In this document: in pieces, positions 20,319-28,459 of the stretch
Layout: every line of letters begins with the position of its first letter
How positions within the stretch are numbered: the stretch's first letter is position 1
Origin: Verrucomicrobiota bacterium
GTDB taxonomy: Bacteria > Verrucomicrobiota > Verrucomicrobiia > Limisphaerales > SXTU01
NCBI GenBank assembly: GCA_039796295.1
Contig: JBDKJY010000037.1
Coordinates: 2,199-66,198 of the forward strand
Direction: 5' to 3'
DNA: 64,000 nucleotides
Translations under genes and position numbers: made by a program
The notes under the pieces: model-generated
The model's input: the letters and a program-made list of their open reading frames with translations, nothing else
Told to the model about the DNA's origin: nothing
Database searches by the model: none

Positions 20319-21256
20319 TCAGGGGCGGAAGTCGGCTTCGAGGCGGTCCACCAGCTCGGTGAGGCGGAAGGCGCCCTCGGGCCGGGTGACGCGGGTGACG
20401 GTGGCCTGCTGGGCGAGGGCCAGGGCGGCGCGGAAGTGGGCGGGCTTGGCGGCGAGGCCATCCACGAAGTGGAAGCGGTAGGTCTGCTGCTTGAGGGCGT
20501 TGAGGCGCTGGGGGCCTTCGACGGAGGTGAGCTGGAGGTCGGGGTCGTTAGTGGCGCGGAGGAGGTAGAGCTTGCGCACCGGGAGGGGGACGGTGGCGAA
20601 GGCGGTGCCCAGGGGGACGGCGCGCTTCTCCAGCGCGGGCCGGATGCGCTGGAGGCCATCGGGTGCGAGGTCGAATTGCTTGAGGGAGTCCAGCCAGAGC
20701 TTGGCATGGGGGAGGCCGGGGTGGAGGACGAGGCGGCCGGTGGCATCCGGGCGGATGGCACAGACGTCGTCGGTGAGGACGGGGTAGCCGCGGCGCTGGC
20801 AGGCGATGGCGGTGGTGGACTTGCCGACACCGGAGATGCCGAGGAAGGCAACGCAGGTATCACCCGTGGCGATGGCGCTGCCGTGGAGGACGAGGTCACC
20901 GCGTTGGTGGAGGAGGGCGGCGAAGGCGGAGCCGTAGAGGAAGAGGCGGACGTCCTCGGGGTCCGCACCGGGCGGGGACTCGATGACGATGCGCCGGCCG
21001 TCCGCGATGAGGAAGCGGGCGATGCCGTCCACGATGAGGAGGAGCTGGCCGGGGGCGGCTTGATAGCGGACGCCACGGTCGGTGGCTCCGGGGAGTTCGG
21101 TGGGGACAGGGCCGGTGAGGATCTCGACGTCGGCGGGGCCATCGGTGGAGGCGGGGGAAGCTCGGGGAGGGGCAGGGTGGAGTGGATGCGCAGGCCGTAG
21201 GCTTGGTGCTGGGGCGGTGGGGGCGGTGGGTTGTCTGTAGTTTCTGGGTCGGCCAT
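20319..21256 (-). pseudogene. HPr kinase-like (HprK-related) peptide kinase, split by a 1-nt frameshift (pseudogene or sequencing error)
   Basis: The N-terminus MADPETTDN..QAYGLRIHSTLPLPELP (ATG 21256) is in one frame. The body, with the P-loop FLGISGVGKSTTA, is in the frame of ORF 20319..21365. Reading the G5 run at 21153-21157 as G6 gives ..LPELPPASTDGPADVEILTG.. Confidence 0.65.
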
Positions 21257-21359
21257 GCGGAGCTACCGTTAGCATGAGGCGGAGGGTGATGTCGAGGGAG
21301 GGGGAGGGCGGGTGAGGATTGGCTGGCCTTGGCGAGGGTGGATTCCCCATGCTGAGGGG

Positions 21360-22487
21360 ATGCAATGGCTTGTGCCGGAACCGGAGTGGCTGGGGGCGTT
21401 ACCCACGGATGTGGCGGCGCATGTGCGGCAACTGGCGGCGTTACCGGGCTTCCCCCGGCACTTGGCCCGGTATAGCGCCGTGCTCAAGAAGCTGAACGAG
21501 AAGCACACTGGCTCGGCCAAGGTGCTGGCCGAGCAGGCGTGGCGGCTGGGGGGCCAGGACCCGGTGGTCCGCCAACACGCGCACTGGGCGATCAGCAAGC
21601 GGGTGCCGGGCTGGCACTTCGGGATCATCAACGACGACGCGCGGAATGCCATCTACCAGGCGGCGCTGAACCGGCATGTGCGTCCGGGGATGATCGTCTT
21701 CGAGGTGGGGACGGGGACGGGCATTCTCGCCATGCTGGCGGCGCGCGCCGGCGCGGCGCATGTCTATACGTGCGAGATGGAGCCGTTGCTGGTGGAGGTG
21801 GCGCGGGAGAACATCGCGCGGAACGGGCTGACGGAGCGGGTGACGGTGATTCCCAAGCGGTCGGACAAGGTGGAGTTGGGCGTGGACCTGCCGGAGCGGG
21901 CGGACCTCTTCGTGGCGGAGATCGTGGATAATGGCCTGCTGGGCGAGGAGGCGCTGGGCATCACGGCGGACGTGCAGGCGCGGCTGCTCAAGCCTGGGGC
22001 GGTGTTGGTGCCCGATCAGATCGAACTGCGCGGGACGCTGGTGGGCGGGCCGTTGGCGAGCCGGGCGTTCCGGGCGCGGCCGGCGTGTGGGCTGGATGTC
22101 TCGGCGCTGGACCGGCTGGGGTCGGGGGTGGTGCAAAGTCCGGCGGGGCTGGAGACGGACCTGGCGGAGGACGTGGTGGCGCTGCACTTCGATCTTGCGC
22201 AGGCGGGAAGTTACCGGACGGCGCAGACGAGCGTGGCGGTGCAGGGGCTAAGGGACGGTGAGGCGGAGGGTTTCCTGAGCTGGATCTGGCTGCGCTTCGG
22301 CGAGGGGCTGGAATACACGAACCGTCCGCCGACGGTCAGTTGCTGGGGTCCGCGCATTCACGTGTTCCCCACGCCCATGCCAGTGACGGCCGGCCACCTG
22401 GTGACGATGCAAGTGCAGCACGACTGCAAGCGGGTGAACATCTGGTCGGAGGCCGGTGGGGCCGGGGTAGGGGAACCGGCAGCGTAA
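21360..22487 (+). CDS. class I SAM-dependent methyltransferase, protein arginine N-methyltransferase (PRMT)-like
   Basis: ORF 21312..22487; ATG 21360. HFGIINDDARNAIYQAALNRHVRPGMIVFEVGTGTGILAMLAARAGAAHVYTCE matches the PRMT pre-motif I and motif I layout. ADLFVAEIVDNGLLGEEAL resembles the PRMT double-E loop region. Confidence 0.65.
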   Translation: MQWLVPEPEWLGALPTDVAAHVRQLAALPGFPRHLARYSAVLKKLNEKHTGSAKVLAEQAWRLGGQDPVVRQHAHWAISKRVPGWHFGIINDDARNAIYQAALNRHVRPGMIVFEVGTGTGILAMLAARAGAAHVYTCEMEPLLVEVARENIARNGLTERVTVIPKRSDKVELGVDLPERADLFVAEIVDNGLLGEEALGITADVQARLLKPGAVLVPDQIELRGTLVGGPLASRAFRARPACGLDVSALDRLGSGVVQSPAGLETDLAEDVVALHFDLAQAGSYRTAQTSVAVQGLRDGEAEGFLSWIWLRFGEGLEYTNRPPTVSCWGPRIHVFPTPMPVTAGHLVTMQVQHDCKRVNIWSEAGGAGVGEPAA

Positions 22488-22512
22488 ACGCAGGGCGGGG
22501 GTGCCGCCGCAC

Positions 22513-23619
22513 TCACCGCACGCGGACGAAGACCTTGCCGGGCAGTTGCCGCACCATCCGCTTCATCTCCAGACTCAGCAGCCCCACCGAGACGGCGGAC
22601 GCTGGCAGGCCGCTGGCGCGGATGACTTCGTCCATGTGCGCCTCCTCGTGCGTCACGACGGCGAGGATTTTGGTTTCGTTCTCCGAGAGGGACAGCCCCG
22701 GCAGCACGCCGGTCTCGCCGGGGGAGGGCGGCTTGTTCGAGGCGGGGAACAGATACTCGAACTCGCTCAAGATGTCCTCCGCGCCCTCGCAGAGCTTCGC
22801 ACCTTTCTTGATCAGGTCGTGGCAGCCCTTGCTGCGCGGCGAGTCAATCCGCCCGGGCACGGCGAAGACCTGGCGGCCGTAGTCCGTGGCGAAGTTCGCC
22901 GTGATGAGCGCGCCGCTGCTGAGGTTCGCCTCGACGACGACGGTGCCCAGCGTCATGCCCGCGACGATGCGGTTGCGGATGGGGAAGGACTGCTTGTCCG
23001 CCGGGCGGTTGAACGGGAACTGCGAGACAACCGCGCCACTCGCCGCGATGCGTTGGAACAGCTCTGCGTTCTCGGGCGGGAAGACCAAGTTAATGCCCGT
23101 GCCCAAGACCGCGACCGTGCGGCCCTTCGCCGCCAGCGCGCCCTGGTGCGCCGCCGTGTCAATCCCACGCGCCCCGCCGCTCACCACCGTGACGCCGATG
23201 TAGGCGAGTTGGTAGCCGAGCTTGCGCGCCGTCTCGACGCCGTAACTGGTGGTCTGACGCGAACCGACGAGCGCGACGGAGTGCTTGTCCTGTGCGGTGA
23301 GCGTGCCCTTCACGTAGAGCACGATGGGCGGGTCGTAGATTTGCCGGAGCGACTCGGGATACTCCGGGTCCTCCTGCGTGAGCACGTGGCAGCCGTAGTC
23401 CGCGATACGCTTCAGCTCGCCGCTCAGGTCAACGCCACTCTCCCAGTCGGCAATCGCGTCCGCCGTCTCCGCGCCGATGCCGCGCACCTGCTGGAGCTGC
23501 TGCTGGTTCGCGCGCAAGATGGTCGGCGCGTCGCCGAAGTGGTCGAGCAGTTGCCGGACGCGCACCGGGCCGACGTGCTCAATCAAGTTGAGGGCGATGA
23601 ACGCTTCCTTGGAGGTCAT
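22513..23619 (-). CDS. dprA: DNA-processing protein DprA/Smf
   Basis: ORF 22513..23928; start moved to ATG 23619. VALVGSRQTTSYG, SGGARGIDTAAHQGAL and FPIRNRIVAG motifs are typical of DprA. Confidence 0.9.
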   Translation of the reverse strand: MTSKEAFIALNLIEHVGPVRVRQLLDHFGDAPTILRANQQQLQQVRGIGAETADAIADWESGVDLSGELKRIADYGCHVLTQEDPEYPESLRQIYDPPIVLYVKGTLTAQDKHSVALVGSRQTTSYGVETARKLGYQLAYIGVTVVSGGARGIDTAAHQGALAAKGRTVAVLGTGINLVFPPENAELFQRIAASGAVVSQFPFNRPADKQSFPIRNRIVAGMTLGTVVVEANLSSGALITANFATDYGRQVFAVPGRIDSPRSKGCHDLIKKGAKLCEGAEDILSEFEYLFPASNKPPSPGETGVLPGLSLSENETKILAVVTHEEAHMDEVIRASGLPASAVSVGLLSLEMKRMVRQLPGKVFVRVR

Positions 23620-23775
23620 GGCTTTCGGATAGCGAAAGCGGCGCGGCGCGGCAAGCCACGAGTAGGGGAAAGTTTGCTCCGCATGGTGAGCGCGCCGGGT
23701 GGCCGGGAATGAGTGGCCTTGGCTAATCCCATTTTCTAGTGGAGCCGGGCGCGGGGCTTGCGCCAAGCTGCCGCT

Positions 23776-24576
23776 GTGGAAGTCATCATTCAACCCACAC
23801 CGGAAGCCGCTGCTGAGTTGTTGGCGCGGCTGGTCGCCCATGAACTGCACGCGCGGCCCAGCCTGGTCCTCGGATTGGCCACGGGCCGCACGATGGAGAG
23901 CGTCTATGACCGCCTCGCGCGGATTCACCGTGAGTCGGGGTTAAGCTTCGCCGGGACGCGCACCTTCAACCTCGACGAATACGTCGGCCTGCCCGCGAGT
24001 GACCCGCACTCGTATCGCCACTACATGCAGGAGCACCTGTTCCGGCACGTGAACGTGGACTTGCTCAACACGCATCTGCCGCACGGAGACGCCGCCGACC
24101 TGGCAGCGGAGTGTGAGCGCTACGAGCAGTTGATTGCGCAGTGCGGCGGGATTGATGTGCAACTACTGGGCATCGGGCAGACCGGCCACATCGGCTTCAA
24201 CGAACCGCTTTCGGCCTTGCGCTCCCGCACGCGGGTGAAGGCGCTTTCGCCCGTCACCGTGGCGCAGAACGCCTCGCTGTTCGCTGATCCGAGCAAGATG
24301 CCGCGGCGCGCGATCACCATGGGCGTGGGCACCATTCTCGAAGCCCGCCGGGTCCTGCTCCTGGCCACCGGCGCGGGTAAGGCGGAGATCATCGCCAAGG
24401 CGGTCGAAGGCCCCATCACCTCGATGATTTCCGCGACCGCACTCCAGATGCACCCGCGCTGCACCGTCATCGTGGATGAAGCGGCGGCGGCCAAGCTCCA
24501 AGGCGTGGACTACTACCGGTGGATTTTCGAGAACGAGCCGGAGTGGGAGCCGTATCGGACGCCAGCTATCTGCTGA
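23776..24576 (+). CDS. nagB: glucosamine-6-phosphate deaminase
   Basis: ORF 23758..24576 (TTG). The in-frame GTG at 23776 gives VEVIIQ, typical of NagB N-termini. LGLATGRTM, FNLDEYVGL and LLGIGQTGHIGFNEP motifs are present. Start is uncertain by 6 codons. Confidence 0.88.
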   Translation: MEVIIQPTPEAAAELLARLVAHELHARPSLVLGLATGRTMESVYDRLARIHRESGLSFAGTRTFNLDEYVGLPASDPHSYRHYMQEHLFRHVNVDLLNTHLPHGDAADLAAECERYEQLIAQCGGIDVQLLGIGQTGHIGFNEPLSALRSRTRVKALSPVTVAQNASLFADPSKMPRRAITMGVGTILEARRVLLLATGAGKAEIIAKAVEGPITSMISATALQMHPRCTVIVDEAAAAKLQGVDYYRWIFENEPEWEPYRTPAIC

Positions 24577-24579
24577 CGC

Positions 24580-26037
24580 CTACTGCTTCTTCTTTTCAGC
24601 CTTCTTCTCCCCCTTGCCGCCGGGCGGGCGGTAAGGTTCCGCCCAGTTCTTCGCGATGAGCGCCTTCAACTCCTTCACCGTGCCCGCGTGCTTCGGGTCG
24701 GCGGCGAAATCGTGCAATTCCTGCGGGTCGGCCTGCATGTCGTGGAGCTGCGCGCCCTGCTTGCCGCCGTCCCACTCGGTGTAACGCCAGCGTTCAGTGC
24801 GGACGCTGTGGCCGGGGTAGTTGCCGCGCCAAGTCTGGGTGAAGGCGGGCTTCGTCCAAGGGGCGTTTGGATTCTCCAAGAGCGGCTTGAGGCTCGCACC
24901 GGTCAAGGTCTTCGGCGGCGTGAGGCCAGCGAGGTCGGCCAGCGTGGGGTAGAGGTCCACAAATTCCACGGTGCGCCCGCTGACGCCGCCGTTGCCCTTT
25001 GCCCCGGGCGCATGGATGAGCAAGGGCGCGCGGGCCGAGCCTTCCCAAAGACTTTGCTTCATCCACAGGCCGTGCTCGCCCTCGTGGTAGCCGTGGTCGC
25101 TCCAGAAAACGACGATGGTGTTCTGCGCGAGCTTTAGGCGGTCGAGCGCATCGAGCAGACGCCCCACCTGCGCGTCCACGAACGAGATGGTCGCGTAGTA
25201 AGCCTGCTTGGCCTCGCGCGACTGCTGCTCCGTCGTGCCGAACCACGGCCACGGCGTGACCGAGGCGAGCGAGGGCTTGGGCGCGGCGAGGGCTTCGGGG
25301 AAGGAGCCTTGCGGCATCGTGATTTTGTCCAGCGGGTAGAGGTCGAAGTATTTCTTCGGCGCGATGTAAGGGCAGTGCGGCCGATAGAAACCAGCGGCGA
25401 TGAAGAACGGCTTTTCCTTGTTCGCCTCCAGCAGCTTGATGACTTCGGTCGCGACCTTGCCGTCGGTCTGTTCCTCGTCCGTGCCCTCGGCCTTCATGAA
25501 GGAAAGCGAGCTGCCCAGGCCACGCTTGGGCGTGTGGTTCGTGAGCTTGTCCTCCTCGTCCTTGTCGCGCCCGCGCGGGTTGAGCGCGACTTGCCACGAC
25601 TGCGGGTCATCAAGGCCGGGCGTGCCGATTTGGCCGGGGTTGCCGTAGTGATAAATCTTCCCGACGCGCGCGGCGAAGTAGCCGTTGTTGCTGAACATCT
25701 GCGGCAGCGTCACCACGTCCGGCAGGTGCGTGCGGAAGTGGTATTGCAGGTCGAAGACGCGCGTCACATCCGGGCGCAGGCCGGTCATCAGCGACGAGCG
25801 GCTCGGCGAGCACAGCGGGAACTGGCAATACGCGCGGTCGAAGCGCACGCCGGACTTGGCGAGCCGATCAATGTGCGGCGACTTCACGAGCGGATGCCCG
25901 TAGCAACCGAGGCTGTTGCTCATGTCGTCCACGGCGATGAAGAGGACGTTGGGCTTGGCGGCGGCTGGGATGGCCGCGGTCGGGAGCACGGCGGCAACGA
26001 GACACAGAGCGAGCGCGGCGAGGCGGCGTGTTTGCAT
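24580..26037 (-). CDS. sulfatase (iduronate-2-sulfatase-like), signal peptide
   Basis: ORF 24580..26142; ATG 26037 gives MQTRRLAALALCLVAAVL. Formylglycine motif CSPSRSSLMTG and N-terminal VLFIAVDD are present. Confidence 0.9.
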   Translation of the reverse strand: MQTRRLAALALCLVAAVLPTAAIPAAAKPNVLFIAVDDMSNSLGCYGHPLVKSPHIDRLAKSGVRFDRAYCQFPLCSPSRSSLMTGLRPDVTRVFDLQYHFRTHLPDVVTLPQMFSNNGYFAARVGKIYHYGNPGQIGTPGLDDPQSWQVALNPRGRDKDEEDKLTNHTPKRGLGSSLSFMKAEGTDEEQTDGKVATEVIKLLEANKEKPFFIAAGFYRPHCPYIAPKKYFDLYPLDKITMPQGSFPEALAAPKPSLASVTPWPWFGTTEQQSREAKQAYYATISFVDAQVGRLLDALDRLKLAQNTIVVFWSDHGYHEGEHGLWMKQSLWEGSARAPLLIHAPGAKGNGGVSGRTVEFVDLYPTLADLAGLTPPKTLTGASLKPLLENPNAPWTKPAFTQTWRGNYPGHSVRTERWRYTEWDGGKQGAQLHDMQADPQELHDFAADPKHAGTVKELKALIAKNWAEPYRPPGGKGEKKAEKKKQ

Positions 26038-26161
26038 GAAGCGGGACCGTAGCGAGGCGGTGGTCGGGAAGGCAAAAGCAAACTCCGGGCGGACGCTGGT
26101 TCGCCGTGCGCAGCGCGAGCGCCCGCTTGCTCCGGCCCCCAATGCCCGTCACCCTCAACGC

Positions 26162-26341
26162 ATGGAAGACAGCGCGACAGTGGAATGCCCCTTCTGCGGC
26201 CAGAGCATGGAACTGGTGCTCGACACCAGCATCCCCCGCCAGTGCTTCACCACCGACTGTGAAGTCTGCTGCCGCCCCTTTGAAGTCACCGCCGAGTGCG
26301 AGCCGGGCGCGGTGCTCTCCGCTAGCGCCGCCGGCAACTGA
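26162..26341 (+). CDS. CPXCG motif-containing cysteine-rich small protein
   Basis: 59 aa, within ORF 25916..26341. MEDSATVECPFCGQSMELVLDTSIPRQCFTTDCEVCCRPFEV has two Cys pairs (zinc-ribbon-like). Confidence 0.65.
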   Translation: MEDSATVECPFCGQSMELVLDTSIPRQCFTTDCEVCCRPFEVTAECEPGAVLSASAAGN

Positions 26342-26431
26342 GCTGGCCTCGCAGGCGAGAAATCTGTTTGCGCTCGCGCCTGACGGAACGGATAAGTTCA
26401 CCCGTCGCCGCGCCCGGAAACGCCATCTCGC

Positions 26432-28075
26432 ATGAAACCCACAAGCCTCGCCTCGTCCGCCCTGTTGCTCCTGCTCGGCGCTGCTCTGGGCGTGCTGGCG
26501 GACCGAGCGCTCTTGCGTCCGACGCAGCCTGCGAGAGCCGTTCCTGCAACCCAGACCAGTGCCACCAAAGAGCTCCCCGCCCTTGCTCGCCCGCCGGCCC
26601 GCCGCCCCAACTCCGTTGCGTCCGAGACCGAGCCGCCTGCCGCGCCGGTGACGGTCGAAGACTTCGCCTCTGCCTTCGCCGCCGCGCTGCGTGACCCGAA
26701 CGCCGAGAGCCGCATGACCAAGCTGTTTGAACTCGCCCAGCGCATCGCCCCCGCCAATGCGCCGCGCGTCATTCAACTTCTCGACCAACTGACCCGCCGC
26801 GACGAACGCGAAGGCGTCCTGCACGCGCTCCTCGCCCGTTGGGCCGGCGCGGACTCCGCTGCCGCGCTGCGCTTCGCCCAGCAACTCACGCGCCCCGCCG
26901 AGCGACGCTCCGCCACCAGCGCCGTGCTCGAAGTCTGGGCCGGCACCGACAACGCCGCCGCGCTCGCGTGGGCCCAGGCTCTCCCGCCCGGCTCCGTGCG
27001 CAACGAAGCCCTCCAGACCGTCCTCGCCAAACTCGCCGAAGAAAATCCCGCCGCCGCCCTTGCCGCGCTCACCAAGTCCGGCCTCACCACTCCCAACTCC
27101 GGTTTGCCGGAAGCCATCTTCGGACGCTGGGCCAACACCGATCCCGCCACCGCCGCCGCCCAAGCCCTCGCCCAGCTTCCCCCCGGCCGCCAGCGCGACA
27201 GCGTCCTGCAAACCATCGCCAGCATCTGGGCCAACACCGACGCCCCCGCTGCCGCCGCTTGGCTCGCGCAACAGCCCGACAGCAAAGGCAAACGCGAGCT
27301 GGTGCAAAACGTCGCCAGCGAACTCGCCGCCACCGACCCGAAGGCTGCCGTCGAACTCGCCCTCACCCTTCCCGCCGGCAACGCGCAGAACCAGGCCCTC
27401 GCCAACATCGCCTCCCGCTGGGCCAGCGTGGACCTCGACGGTGCTCTCGCCTGGGTGAAGCAACTCCCGCCCGGTCGCGCCCGCGAAAACGCCCTCGTGA
27501 ACCTCAGCCATGAATGGGCGCAATCCAGCCCCCGCGCCGCCGCCGACTTCGCCGCCTCGTTGCCGACCGGCGACACGCAGAACTCGCTCTTCTCCGCCGT
27601 CGCGAACCAGTGGGCGACAGTGGACCCGCAGGCCGCCTTGAAGTGGGCGCAGGCCCTGCCCACCGAGGACGCCCGCCGGTTTGCTCTCGATGCCACCCTC
27701 GCGGTTTGGGCAGGCGACGCACCCGAGCTGGCCGCCGCCTTCGTCGCGAGTCTGCCGGGAGGCGAAGCGAGGCAATCGCTCCTGCAGAACCTCGCTTCCA
27801 ACTGGGCCGCGAACGACGCGGATGGGGCTTTAGCTTGGGCAAAGCAACTCTCCGCCGCCGAACAAGCCCACGCCTACGAAGGCATCCTCCCGACGCTGGC
27901 CAACGACAACCCCGTCGCCGCCGCCGCGCTGCTGGGCAAGCTGACGCCGGAGCGTCGCGCGCAGGTCGCTGAGGACATCGCGACCCAATGGCTGCAACTG
28001 GATCCCGACGCCGCCCGCGTCTGGCTCGCCACCGCCCCGCTGACGGACGAGGTGAAGCAGCGGCTGCTCAAGTAG
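26432..28075 (+). CDS. secreted or anchored repeat protein (about 12 HEAT/TPR-like units of ~36 aa)
   Basis: 547-aa ORF with a signal or anchor MKPTSLASSALLLLLGAALGVLA. Recurring unit ..WA..DP.AAL.WAQ.LP.G..R..AL..V...WA. Confidence 0.8.
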   Translation: MKPTSLASSALLLLLGAALGVLADRALLRPTQPARAVPATQTSATKELPALARPPARRPNSVASETEPPAAPVTVEDFASAFAAALRDPNAESRMTKLFELAQRIAPANAPRVIQLLDQLTRRDEREGVLHALLARWAGADSAAALRFAQQLTRPAERRSATSAVLEVWAGTDNAAALAWAQALPPGSVRNEALQTVLAKLAEENPAAALAALTKSGLTTPNSGLPEAIFGRWANTDPATAAAQALAQLPPGRQRDSVLQTIASIWANTDAPAAAAWLAQQPDSKGKRELVQNVASELAATDPKAAVELALTLPAGNAQNQALANIASRWASVDLDGALAWVKQLPPGRARENALVNLSHEWAQSSPRAAADFAASLPTGDTQNSLFSAVANQWATVDPQAALKWAQALPTEDARRFALDATLAVWAGDAPELAAAFVASLPGGEARQSLLQNLASNWAANDADGALAWAKQLSAAEQAHAYEGILPTLANDNPVAAAALLGKLTPERRAQVAEDIATQWLQLDPDAARVWLATAPLTDEVKQRLLK

Positions 28076-28093
28076 TCGAGGCCTGCTGGTGAA

Positions 28094-28439
28094 CGCGCCA
28101 GCGTCTTGGAGTGCGCCAGCCCTCTGGCGCTTTCCCCGTCGTGGCCGAACTCATACCAGTTCCAAATGAGTTCCGTGCAACCGCTTGGGGACCGCGACGC
28201 GCTTCGACTCCCTCTCCCTTCATTGGATGAGGAGAGAGGGCCGGGGTGAGGGGTTACGTGCGTCGGTGTTGGCGGCCCCACCCCTCATCCGGCCTTCGGT
28301 CACCTTCTCCCTTCCTCCGAGGAAGGGAGAAGGCGTGCGTCGTTGCGTCCGGTTAGCATCCCACCGACTGGCATCTTGAATGTGAAGCCCACCACTGACA
28401 AAGCGGCAGAGGACTGCCGCACTCCAAGACGCTGGCGCG
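28094..28439. repeat. composite nested repeat: two 'QSKTLAR-type' half-elements flanking an inverted GEGRGEG pair
   Basis: GCGCCAGCGTCTTGGAGTGCG (28094-28114) and CGCACTCCAAGACGCTGGCGC (28419-28439) are perfect inverted repeats. GEGRGEG-type copies at 28207-28255 and 28279-28333 lie between them. Confidence 0.8.
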
Positions 28440-28459
28440 TCCGCCCGCCCCGCCGAACC

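Noticed and set aside
20123-21256. 377-aa Pro/Ser/Thr-rich ORF as a single real protein
   Set aside because: Only its first ~35 aa (kinase N-terminus) and its last ~60 aa (sulfotransferase N-terminus, a separate gene starting at 20305) look genuine. The middle is an off-frame read of the kinase body.
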